Source: an uncultured Gemmatimonadales bacterium
GTDB lineage: Bacteria > Gemmatimonadota > Gemmatimonadetes > Gemmatimonadales > Gemmatimonadaceae
Direction of reading: 5' to 3'
Length of the DNA: 64,000 nt
NCBI GenBank assembly: GCA_963793305.1
Contig: CAWBZV010000005.1
Span: forward strand, 1,152,001 to 1,216,000
Numbering within the stretch: position 1 is the first letter of the stretch; each line of letters opens with the position of its first letter. The notes below the pieces were generated by a model, which was not told the origin of the DNA, searched no databases, and saw nothing but the letters and a program-made list of their open reading frames with translations. Positions 32,550 through 41,725 of this stretch are shown here, piece by piece. Position numbers and translations under genes: made by a program.

Positions 32550-34446
32550 ATGACAGGGCTCCTGAATCGCATTCATTCCCCGGCCGACCTCAAGAAGCTC
32601 ACGCGCGACGAGCTGCGTGCGCTGGTGGCCGAGGAGCGTGCACGGCTCATCGACGTGTGCTCCCGTACGGGCGGGCACATCGGCGCCGGGCTCGGTGTCG
32701 TGGAGCTCACGACGGCGTTGCACTACGTGTTCGACACCCCGCGCGATCAGCTCGTGTGGGATGTCGGGCACCAGGGCTACCCGCACAAGCTCCTCACGGG
32801 TCGCGATAGTCAGATGGAGACCCTGCGCCAAGAAAATGGGATCTCGGGGTTTCTCAAGCGCACGGAAAGCGAATACGACACGTTCGGCGCCGGTCACGCC
32901 GCGACGGCTATCTCGGCCGCGTTCGGCATGGCCGTAGGCCGAGACCTGAAGGCCGAGGCATTCAAGGTCGTAGCCATTCTCGGCGACGGTGCCCTCACAT
33001 CTGGCCTCTCATACGAAGGCCTGAACAACGCGGGTGCATCAGACCGCGACATCATAGTCGTCCTGAATGACAACGAGATGTCCATCGCGCCGAACGTGGG
33101 TGCGATCTCAAAGTACTTGAACTTCGTCCAACGCCACCCGCTGTACAATCGCGCGCGCCAGGTCATTGGCTCGGCGGTGGACCACGCCCCGGGTCCGTTG
33201 CACGCCGTCTCGACGCTGGTCCGCAAGTGGGAAGAGAGCGCCAAGGTTTTCTTGACGCCGGGCGCGCTCTTCGAAGCGCTGGGCTTCCGCTATTTCGGCC
33301 CAATCGACGGCCATGACATGAACGAGCTGGTCGACACGTTCGCCGCCGTGCGTGATCTCAAGACGCCGCGACTGGTCCATGTCGTGACGCAAAAAGGGAA
33401 GGGGTTCCCGGCTGGCGATCATGGTGAAAAGTGGCACGCTCTGCCGCCTGGCCACGACCCGGCCACGGGCAAGCAGCTGAAGACGTCGACCGGCAACGCG
33501 AACTACACGACGGTGCTCGGGAATGGTCTCGCCGCACTCGGCGAAGAGCGCACAGACCTGGCCGTCATCACCGCCGCGATGCCGTCAGGAACAGGCACTG
33601 GAATCTTCGGCAAGAAATTCCCGGAGCGCTTCTTCGACGTGGGTATCGCCGAAGGCCACGCCGTCACGTTCTCGGCTGGTCTCGCCACGCAGAGGCATTC
33701 GCCCGGTCGCGGCGATCTACTCGACGTTCCTCCAGCGCGCCTACGACAATGTCATTCACGATGTCGCGATCCAGCACCTGCCGGTGATCTTCGCGATGGA
33801 CCGCGCGGGCCTGGTCGGCGAAGATGGCCCCACGCACATGGGCCTCTATGACATCGCGTATATGCTGGCCATCCCTGGCATGACCGTCACGGCGCCCAAG
33901 AATGGCACCGAGATGCTCGGCCTTTTGCGTGCGGGAATGGAGCACGCCTCGGGGCCCTTCTGCTTCCGCCTGCCGCGTGACAGCGCACCGAATGTCCCGC
34001 CGCCGATGGCGCAAATTCCAGCGGTGCCGTACGGAACATGGGAGGTTTTGCGCCGTGGCGCCAATGTCGCGGTCCTCGCGGTCGGCACGATGGTGCTCCC
34101 GTCGCTCGCGGCGGCCGAGACGCTCGCGGCCGAGGGACTCAACGTCACGGTCGTGAACTGTCGGTATCTCAAGCCGTACAATGAACTGACGCTCGCCGCG
34201 CTCTTGACGGACCACAAGCAATTCTTGGTCGTCGAAGAGGGCACGATCGTGAACGGGTTCGGCGCCATGATGTCCGCCGTGATCGCCCAGCGCGATGCCG
34301 CGGTCCGTGTGCACACGCACGGCGTGCCCGACCGGTTTATCGAGCAAGCGTCGCGCGCGAAGCAGTTGGCGTTGTGCGGCCTCGACGCGGCCGGCATCGC
34401 CGAACGCGTGCGGGCGCTGCACGAGTCCGAGGCTATCGCCGGGTGA
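32550..34446 (+). CDS. dxs: 1-deoxy-D-xylulose-5-phosphate synthase, +1 frameshift near 33693
   Basis: WDVGHQGYPHK, GDGAL, NDNEMSI, DVGIAEGHA; continues YSTFLQRAYD, DRAGLVGEDGPTH in the next frame. Confidence 0.93.
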
Positions 34447-35300
34447 TCAACCTGGGCGTCGTCGGGCACCGCGGGTATGCGCGGCTGCCCGACGTTCTGC
34501 GCACGCTGCTGCGTCTCGCGCCCGAGTTGGATCTCCAGTTGTTCTTCGAGCCGGACCTCCATGAGGTCGCCCGGTCCGGCGAGCTCCTCACGAGCCCTGA
34601 GGGCCTCGGCGGCCTCGTCACGCTCGGCGGCGACGGCACACTGCTTCGCGGCGCGCGGTTCCTGGCGGGTCTCCCCGTACCGATCCTCGGTATCAACCTG
34701 GGCCGCCTCGGCTTCCTCACGAGCATTGGCCTCGATGAGATGGAAGAGGGCCTGCGCCGGTTCGCCCGCAACGAGTACGCCGCCGAACCGCGCATGTCGC
34801 TCGAGGCGCGGGCACACGACCTCGACGACGCCATGCGGCGCAAATGGTACGCGCTGAACAACGTCGTGCTCCACAAGGGCGGCTTCGCGCGCGTCGTGCG
34901 GCTCGAGGTATTCTCGAACGGCGAAGAAGTCGGTGCGTACACGGCGGACGGGATCATCGTCTCGACCCCAACTGGCTCCACGGCCTACAGCCTGTCAGCC
35001 GGCGGGCCGATCGTGCATCCGGATGTCCTTTCGATACTGATTACGCCGGTCTCTCCGCACTCCCTGGCTTTGCGCCCTCTCGTGCTTCCGCCGACGGCCG
35101 AGATCGCGATCTACGTCGAGGATGGCCCCGAGGAGCTACTCGTCACCGTCGACGGCCAGGTCGGCACGACATTCGCCACCGGCGACACGTTGCACATTCG
35201 GCGCGCCGAACGCTCGGTCGTGATCGTGCGATTCCCAGGGACGACGTACTTCGCGCGTCTGCGCCGGAAACTCGGCTGGGGCAGCGTTCCCCACGCGTAG
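34443..35300 (+). CDS. nadK: NAD kinase
   Basis: LGGDGTLL, GINLGRLGFL, DGIIVSTPTGSTAYSLSAGG. Confidence 0.94.
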   Translation: MINLGVVGHRGYARLPDVLRTLLRLAPELDLQLFFEPDLHEVARSGELLTSPEGLGGLVTLGGDGTLLRGARFLAGLPVPILGINLGRLGFLTSIGLDEMEEGLRRFARNEYAAEPRMSLEARAHDLDDAMRRKWYALNNVVLHKGGFARVVRLEVFSNGEEVGAYTADGIIVSTPTGSTAYSLSAGGPIVHPDVLSILITPVSPHSLALRPLVLPPTAEIAIYVEDGPEELLVTVDGQVGTTFATGDTLHIRRAERSVVIVRFPGTTYFARLRRKLGWGSVPHA

Positions 35301-35308
35301 ATGCTGAG

Positions 35309-36991
35309 ATGTTGACCGAGCTCCGCATCAAGAATTTCGCGATCATCGAATCGCTGGTCCTCCCACTGGCGCCGGGCTTCAACGTGCTGTCCGGCGAAAC
35401 GGGAGCGGGCAAGTCGATCGTTGTCGGCGCCATCAGTCTGTTGCTCGGCGACCGCGCCAGCGCTGATCTCGTTCGCACCGGCGCCGACCGCGCGACCGTC
35501 GAGGGCGTCTTCGACATCGCCGATCGCCCCGAGATCGCGGCGCTCCTCGACGCCCGTGGCATCGACATCGACGAATCGCGGGTGGTGCTCAAGCGCGAGG
35601 TCTCATCCACCGGGCGTGGGCGCGCCTGGATCAACGGCAGCACGGTCACGGCAGCCGTTCTCTCCGACGTCGGTCGTTCGCTGGTCAACCTGCACGGCCA
35701 GCACGAAGCGGACTTGCTGCTCGATACCGAGGCCCAGCTCTCCATCCTCGACAGCTTCGCGGGCGCCGCCGAGCTGGCGTCCCACGTAGCCAACGCTCAC
35801 GACGCACTCGTCTCGGTTCGCCGCGAACGCACGGAATTGTCGTCGCGGCGTGCCAATGCCGAACGCCGTGCGGATTATCTACGCCACGTCGTCAGCGAAA
35901 TTGCCGAGGGAAAGCTGGTGGCGGGCGAAGATGCTCGGCTGGATGAAGAAGTCCGCCGCTTGACGCATGCGGACGAGCTGAAGCAGTTGGCGAGCGGCGC
36001 AGCCGCCGCCTTGGATGGAGATGCCGAGGCAGTCCTAGCCCGGCTCGGCGGCCTGCAGCGTTCCTTGGCGTCGCTGCGTCGCATCGACCCATCGTTGGAC
36101 CCGCTCCAGGAGCTTTACGACTCGGCCTACTACGCCCTGGAAGAGCTCGCGCGAGCCCTGGAAACGTACGAAGAAAAAGTCGACCTGGATCCAGACCGCC
36201 TCGCCGAAGCGACGCGTCGCCGCGACCTCGTCTTTCGCTTGATAAAGAAGTACGGCCCGTCCCTCGATGACGTGATCGAGACGGGCCGCCGCTCCCGCGC
36301 CGAGCTCGACCTCGTCGACTCGGCCGCCTTCGACCTCGCGCGCCTCGATCGGGCCGAAGCCACGGCGGTCGCCGAGCTCAGTGCCGCGGCCGCGCGCCTC
36401 ACGTCGGCCCGCCGCGAAGCGTCCGACCGCCTCTCCGAAGCCGTTCAGGCGGTTCTCCCTGATCTCGGGATGCCGGACGGCCGCTTCCAGGCCGAGTTGA
36501 TCCCGCGCCCTGAGCCAACGTCCTCGGGCGCCGAGTCGGTCGAGTTCCGCATTCAGCTCAACGTCGGACACGACATGCGATCGCTGGCCCGCGTCGCGTC
36601 GGGCGGTGAGCTCTCCCGCGTGATGCTCGCGCTCAAGACGATCCTCGCGCGGTCCGATCGCGTGCCGACGCTCGTTTTCGACGAGGTCGACGCGGGCATC
36701 GGCGGTCGCGTCGGCCTCCAGGTCGGTGACACGATGCGTCGCGTTGCCGCGCACCATCAGGTCTTCGCGATCACGCACTTGCCGCAGATCGCCGCCCGCG
36801 CGCACCATCACATCCTGGTGAGCAAGGGCGCCAAGGGCGGCGTGACCACGGCCGATATCGCCGTGCTCGACGCCGACACGCGCGTCGATGAGATCGCTCG
36901 GATGCTCGGTGGCGACCCCGAGAGCAACGTCAGCCGTGCCCATGCGCGCGAGCTCTTATCGTCGGTCTCGCCCAAGGCCAAGCGCCGCTAA
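35309..36991 (+). CDS. recN: DNA repair protein RecN
   Basis: SGETGAGKS, HGQHE, ASGGELSR, FDEVDAGIGG, ITHLPQIAA. Confidence 0.96.
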   Translation: MLTELRIKNFAIIESLVLPLAPGFNVLSGETGAGKSIVVGAISLLLGDRASADLVRTGADRATVEGVFDIADRPEIAALLDARGIDIDESRVVLKREVSSTGRGRAWINGSTVTAAVLSDVGRSLVNLHGQHEADLLLDTEAQLSILDSFAGAAELASHVANAHDALVSVRRERTELSSRRANAERRADYLRHVVSEIAEGKLVAGEDARLDEEVRRLTHADELKQLASGAAAALDGDAEAVLARLGGLQRSLASLRRIDPSLDPLQELYDSAYYALEELARALETYEEKVDLDPDRLAEATRRRDLVFRLIKKYGPSLDDVIETGRRSRAELDLVDSAAFDLARLDRAEATAVAELSAAAARLTSARREASDRLSEAVQAVLPDLGMPDGRFQAELIPRPEPTSSGAESVEFRIQLNVGHDMRSLARVASGGELSRVMLALKTILARSDRVPTLVFDEVDAGIGGRVGLQVGDTMRRVAAHHQVFAITHLPQIAARAHHHILVSKGAKGGVTTADIAVLDADTRVDEIARMLGGDPESNVSRAHARELLSSVSPKAKRR

Positions 36992-37000
36992 ATTGGATCT

Positions 37001-37282
37001 ATGCGCTATCTCGCTTTGGTCGTTGCCTTCGCCGCTGCCCCCGTTCTGGCGTATGCCCAAGACACGACACACCGCGACACGACGCACCACGATTCGTCCG
37101 CCGTCGATCGCAAGACTAACAGCACGGTGAACAACGCGGGCGAGGGGGTCAAGCAGGCGAACGACCAGGTCGACAACGCCGCGTACAAAGTCGGCACGGA
37201 CATCAAGCACATCTTCAAGCCAAAGAAGAAAAAGCCGGCGAAGCCGGATTCGACTACCGTGGCGCGACAGCACACGCGATAG
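37001..37282 (+). CDS. Small secreted hypothetical protein
   Basis: Signal-peptide-like N-terminus ending AYA. Confidence 0.6.
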   Translation: MRYLALVVAFAAAPVLAYAQDTTHRDTTHHDSSAVDRKTNSTVNNAGEGVKQANDQVDNAAYKVGTDIKHIFKPKKKKPAKPDSTTVARQHTR

Positions 37283-37302
37283 CACGCCTCACTAGTGGGC
37301 CA

Positions 37303-39108
37303 CTAGTGGGCGAAGTTGTGGCCTCCAAAGGGCCGGAAGTACACGCGCATGCGGATGGTGTCATAGATAACCTTCGGCGCGTACCCGCCCGTGGCCGTGA
37401 GAACCTCGTCGTGCTCGTAGGTGATGTCGAGCGGTAGTCCGATGTGTTTGCGGAGCGCGGCGGCAGCCAGCGTCGAGAACGTCAACCCGAACCCGAAGCG
37501 CTGCGACGTATACTCGGTATTCGCCCCGAGTATGGCCGCATTGAGGTGCACGGGCCCGATGCCGGTCTGCGCCGAGTCCAGGTTCAACACGCCGGTGTAC
37601 TTGTCGGCGAGCTGATGTCGAAACACATATGATCCGCTGAGTGCGAAGTAATCGTTGATGGCGTAGTGCGGATCGATCTGCACTTCGAATGCGTCCCCGA
37701 GCTGTCTGGTGACGGTCGTGCGCGAATAGAGCGGATCGAGCACTTCTCCGGCCGCCCCGGGAATGCGCGCCACGACGTTGTCCGACAGCTGATACGTGCC
37801 GCGCACGATGCCCGATATCCAGAGCCTCGGCCCGAACAAGAGGTCGGTCGCCGAATGCACTTCGATCGCGTTCTCTCCGGTGCCGGTCCCCGGGTCCAGC
37901 AGCTGATTCTCGGCGGGGGGCGTACCGGTGCCCAATCGGAAGAGCCCCGTCACGCTCGTCCGAAACTGAAACCCATGCGGATGCATGCGCGCCGAATCGC
38001 GACTCCCGAACGTATCGAGCAAGAGCAGCGTCGCGCTCAACTCGGCGTCACCGATACCGTACTTGTCAACGTCCTTCAGTGAGTCTACGGCGAGCCCATA
38101 CGTCGTATCGGTGAGAAGGTTGTAGAAGTCACTGAGCCCGGTTCGCGCCGGCGCCGCCACGGGCTGCACGACGGTCAAGGCCGGCAGCCCCACGGTCGCG
38201 AACGCCGCATTGAACTGCGCGGTCAGGCTCGAATCGCGCGAGCTGATGCGGGCTTGTGTATTCGACCCGGCGACGGGTACGACGAGCGTCCCGGCGCCAT
38301 TCGGGCCACCGTATACCTGCGCCACCCCGGACGCAAACTGGTTGCTCTGGGTGACGAGACCCTGCAGCGTGGCTCGCTCGCTATTGATCGTTGCGCAATT
38401 CGGTCCCGACGGATTATTGGCGCAGTTGGCGAGCACTTGCTGCAGCGTGCGCGACGCCGAGGTGAACTGCGAGTACACACCGGCGTCGGTGGCCAGCGCC
38501 GCCGCCGACGCGAGCGCGGGATTGAACGCGACGTTGCCTTCGAACCGTGTGGGATTGACATTGACCGCGAACGTCTGCCGCGTGTGCACGATCGGCAACC
38601 GCGCGCGCAACGTGAGCCGGTCCAGGATGCCGACTTCGAGCGCGATCGGGTACGACTCGGTGCGAAGGTTCGCGTCGGTGACGACTTTGCCGAAGTCGAG
38701 CTTGAACGACTGATCGCCGAGGAGCGTGCGGATGCCGGCTTGCGCGGGCGCAAAGGCCGGCACTTGCGCTACGCCGAGCGTGTCGAAGTTGAGGGCCGCA
38801 CCTTGGTTCGTGAGAATCCCGCCCGGCGCCCAAAATTCGTCGATGCGCGCGTTATCATCGCCGAACCCGAATCGGATGAGGCCCGCGGGAAGCGTTCGCG
38901 CTTCGTCGTCCGGCGTGCGTACCGCTTGCGCGCCGAGTCGGGCTGCGGACGCGGAGAACGGAACGAGACAGCCCACGAGCCGAACAACATTTCGGCGAAG
39001 GGATCTGCTGTACCGAACATCCCGAAGCCGAAATGTTGTTTGGCGATGCCCCACGCGAGCCGGACGACAAGCACGGCGCGAAAGATAGGGCTTTAAGTTA
39101 CCCGGCAT
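37303..39108 (-). CDS. Hypothetical exported/outer-membrane-like protein (start uncertain)
   Basis: Long ORF; C-terminal half has alternating beta-strand pattern and GIGDAEL motif. Confidence 0.65.
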   Translation of the reverse strand: MPGNLKPYLSRRACRPARVGHRQTTFRLRDVRYSRSLRRNVVRLVGCLVPFSASAARLGAQAVRTPDDEARTLPAGLIRFGFGDDNARIDEFWAPGGILTNQGAALNFDTLGVAQVPAFAPAQAGIRTLLGDQSFKLDFGKVVTDANLRTESYPIALEVGILDRLTLRARLPIVHTRQTFAVNVNPTRFEGNVAFNPALASAAALATDAGVYSQFTSASRTLQQVLANCANNPSGPNCATINSERATLQGLVTQSNQFASGVAQVYGGPNGAGTLVVPVAGSNTQARISSRDSSLTAQFNAAFATVGLPALTVVQPVAAPARTGLSDFYNLLTDTTYGLAVDSLKDVDKYGIGDAELSATLLLLDTFGSRDSARMHPHGFQFRTSVTGLFRLGTGTPPAENQLLDPGTGTGENAIEVHSATDLLFGPRLWISGIVRGTYQLSDNVVARIPGAAGEVLDPLYSRTTVTRQLGDAFEVQIDPHYAINDYFALSGSYVFRHQLADKYTGVLNLDSAQTGIGPVHLNAAILGANTEYTSQRFGFGLTFSTLAAAALRKHIGLPLDITYEHDEVLTATGGYAPKVIYDTIRMRVYFRPFGGHNFAH

Positions 39109-39129
39109 GTCAACACGACTGCCTACCCC

Positions 39130-40893
39130 GTGAGCTTGCGGCCGATCCCTCCTGTTCGCTGGCAGCTGACCGGAAATCATTGGATTTCGCTCCCGTGTAT
39201 TCACGCCGAGACGGGCGCGATCCATGCCCTGGGCTTGCTCAATCGCGCCGCGCGTTCCGGCGTCGAATTCGCCGGCGATCCGGGTTTTGTCGATGGCCAG
39301 GGCCCGCCGCTATTCGCCCTGTCATTCCACGATCTGCCAGTCGGCCCGCTCCAGTGGTCGCACGCGCAGGGTTGGATTCCCACCTGGACTCGCGACGCCG
39401 GTGCTCTCACGATCCGTGGCGTGATCTTCGCGCCGTACGGCCGTGATGTCGATGTCCCGGGCTTTGTGTACGCCGTCGTTCTCGAAAACCGCGGCCCGGC
39501 CCCGGTGGATATCGAAGTCGTGTTCGAAGGCACGCTCGGCCTGCGCCAGCATCGCGTGAGGACAGCGCGCCGCTTTGACGACGCGAACCGCGTCGAGCGA
39601 ATCGAAGATGCGGTCATACTGGAGGGCGCCGCCCTCCCTGGCCCGGCCGCTCTCGCCGTGAGCACCGATGGCGCCACCGAGATCAACTGCGGGAGCGGTG
39701 TCGCCCCGGGTTTCGCATTTCGCCGCAAGCTATCGATCCCCGCCGGCGGCTCGGCCGAGGCAGCATTCTACGTCGCCGCAGGCCCGGAGCGCGACGGCGC
39801 GATGGCGACCGGCATTGCCATGCGGCGTCGCGGCTGGCGCGAGCTCTTGGAGGCGACGCGAACGGCGCTCCGCTCCCTGGAGCAATCAACGGGCTCCGAG
39901 GAGATCGACGCCGTCGTCAATCGCAACTTGCTATTCGCCTATTTCTACGCGGTCGGCCGCGCGCTCGACGACGCGCACTTTTACCTGGTGCGTTCCCGCG
40001 CCCCATGGAACGGCCGCGGTCTCACGGTGCGCGACTGGGACGCCCTCGCGCTCACGCTCCCGGCGATCCAACTCGCCGATGCCCCACTCGCCCGCGAGCT
40101 CCTGCTGCGCGCCTGCGAGCTGCACGGCTACGCCCCGGGCCGCGGCGTCAACTATCTCGATGGCACGCTCTTCGAGCCGGGCTTCTCTCTGGAGGGCGTC
40201 GCCTCCTACGCCATAGCGACCGAGCGCTACATCCGCGAGACGGGCGACGACCAGATCGTCGAGGAGCCGGTCATCGCCGACACATTGTATTCGAGCGCTG
40301 ACGATCTCGCGGGGCGCCGCAACAAATCGACGCCGCTCTACGCCACCGAGGTCTCGCCGTCGGGCGATCGCGTCTCGTATCCATACACGCTCCACGCCAA
40401 CGCCGTGGCCGCAATGGCCCTCGATGTATTCCAACGAACGTTGGACGCCGAGACCGCGAAGGGCGTCGAAGACCCCAACGCTGTCCGCGCAGCCATTCTG
40501 CGCCAGTTCTCCGTCGACCGCGACGGCAAGGCACTCTTGGCCTCCGCTATCGACCTGAATGGTGGCGTATCGACCACCGACGACCCCGTCGCCTCCTCTC
40601 TCTGGCTGCCACTCTACGAGGCGTTCGACCGCTCCGAGTCGGTCTTTCGCCGCACGGTCAAGTTGATTCCCGCCGACCGCACCTCTTTGGTCCGCCAACT
40701 CGCCCGCTTAGTCGGCCCCGACGCCTCAGGCGTCTTGTCCTGGCTCCGCACGGCCCCACTCGACAACGGCCTGGCGGCCGAACAACTCGACGACCACGGC
40801 GCCGCCGTCGCGAACGGTGGCGACGCAACGCTCGCGGGCTTACTCGCCTACACCGTCTGGTATGCGATCCACGCCCTCGGCTTGCGCCCTTGA
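39130..40893 (+). CDS. Putative six-hairpin glycoside hydrolase (GH125-like)
   Basis: 587-aa ORF, beta-rich N-terminus then helical region with VRDWD; family is a tentative recollection. Confidence 0.5.
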   Translation: MSLRPIPPVRWQLTGNHWISLPCIHAETGAIHALGLLNRAARSGVEFAGDPGFVDGQGPPLFALSFHDLPVGPLQWSHAQGWIPTWTRDAGALTIRGVIFAPYGRDVDVPGFVYAVVLENRGPAPVDIEVVFEGTLGLRQHRVRTARRFDDANRVERIEDAVILEGAALPGPAALAVSTDGATEINCGSGVAPGFAFRRKLSIPAGGSAEAAFYVAAGPERDGAMATGIAMRRRGWRELLEATRTALRSLEQSTGSEEIDAVVNRNLLFAYFYAVGRALDDAHFYLVRSRAPWNGRGLTVRDWDALALTLPAIQLADAPLARELLLRACELHGYAPGRGVNYLDGTLFEPGFSLEGVASYAIATERYIRETGDDQIVEEPVIADTLYSSADDLAGRRNKSTPLYATEVSPSGDRVSYPYTLHANAVAAMALDVFQRTLDAETAKGVEDPNAVRAAILRQFSVDRDGKALLASAIDLNGGVSTTDDPVASSLWLPLYEAFDRSESVFRRTVKLIPADRTSLVRQLARLVGPDASGVLSWLRTAPLDNGLAAEQLDDHGAAVANGGDATLAGLLAYTVWYAIHALGLRP

Positions 40894-40920
40894 GGGCCCG
40901 CTGTACTTTTCGTTACGATC

Positions 40921-40993
40921 GCGGGAATAGCTCAGTTGGTAGAGCACAACCTTGCCAAGGTTGGGGTCGCGGGTTCGAGTCCCGTTTCCCGCT
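40921..40993 (+). tRNA. tRNA-Gly(GCC), CCA not encoded
   Basis: GCGGGAATAGCTCAGTTGGTAGAGCACAACCTTGCCAAGGTTGGGGTCGCGGGTTCGAGTCCCGTTTCCCGCT folds as a cloverleaf. Confidence 0.97.
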
Positions 40994-41062
40994 CTGACAC
41001 GGCAACGACATACGGGTCCGGGGGCGGTTGCCTTCCGGGCCCGCTGTACCAAGTGGGGGACC

Positions 41063-41296
41063 ATGGCTTCCTTAATCGAGTCCAACCCAGCGGTCATGAT
41101 GGGCAAACCGGTGGTGGCGGGTACCCGCATCACGGTTGAGCTGATCCTCGACAAACTCGCCGCCGGCGAGTCGGTCGAGCAGATACTCGCAGCCCATCCG
41201 CGCTTGACACGCGAAGGCATCACTTCCGCCTTGGCTTTCGCTGCTGAGGCGCTACGAGGCGACGTGATCTACCCGCTGCCAAATGCGGCGGCGTGA
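41063..41296 (+). CDS. DUF433 family antitoxin
   Basis: NPAVMMGKPVVAGTRITVELIL..LAAG. Confidence 0.9.
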   Translation: MASLIESNPAVMMGKPVVAGTRITVELILDKLAAGESVEQILAAHPRLTREGITSALAFAAEALRGDVIYPLPNAAA

Positions 41297-41646
41297 AGTT
41301 CCTATGTGACGAGAACGTCGATCAACAGATAGTTGCCGCGCTTCGGCAGGCTGGGCACTCGGTGACGTACATAGCTGAGCTCTCGCCCAGCGTCGACGAC
41401 GAGCGTGTGTTGGCGGAAGCAAACCGCGACGCGGCGCTACTCGTCACAGGTGATCGCGATTTTGGCGCTCTCGTTTTCAACCAGGGTAAGGTTTCAGCCG
41501 GTGTACTCTTGATTCGCCTCGCGGGTCTTGCCCCGGCAACGCGCGCCGAGATCGTTGTGAACGCCGTGCGCGATCATGGAGCCGAGATGACTGGCGTCTT
41601 CACGGTTATTTCGCCAGGTATGATTCGTTATCGTAGGACACCGTAA
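41293..41646 (+). CDS. DUF5615 PIN-like toxin
   Basis: MKFLCDENV, LVTGDRDFG, GVLLIRL; overlaps DUF433 stop. Confidence 0.88.
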   Translation: MKFLCDENVDQQIVAALRQAGHSVTYIAELSPSVDDERVLAEANRDAALLVTGDRDFGALVFNQGKVSAGVLLIRLAGLAPATRAEIVVNAVRDHGAEMTGVFTVISPGMIRYRRTP

Positions 41647-41662
41647 CGAATTACCGTTGGCC

Positions 41663-41725
41663 CAACCTTGCCAAGGTTGGGGTCGCGGGTTCGAGTCCCG
41701 TTTCCCGCTCTTGATTTGCAACAAC
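41663..41725 (+). repeat. tRNA-Gly 3'-half copy (att-like) plus TGATTTGCAACAAC motif
   Basis: Identical to tRNA from CAACCTTGCC to CCCGCTCT (41663-41711); motif 41712-41725. Confidence 0.93.

Noticed and set aside
29600..33720. Programmed frameshifting in folD and dxs
   Set aside because: No slippery heptamer; similar indels are scattered across unrelated genes, which fits sequencing error.
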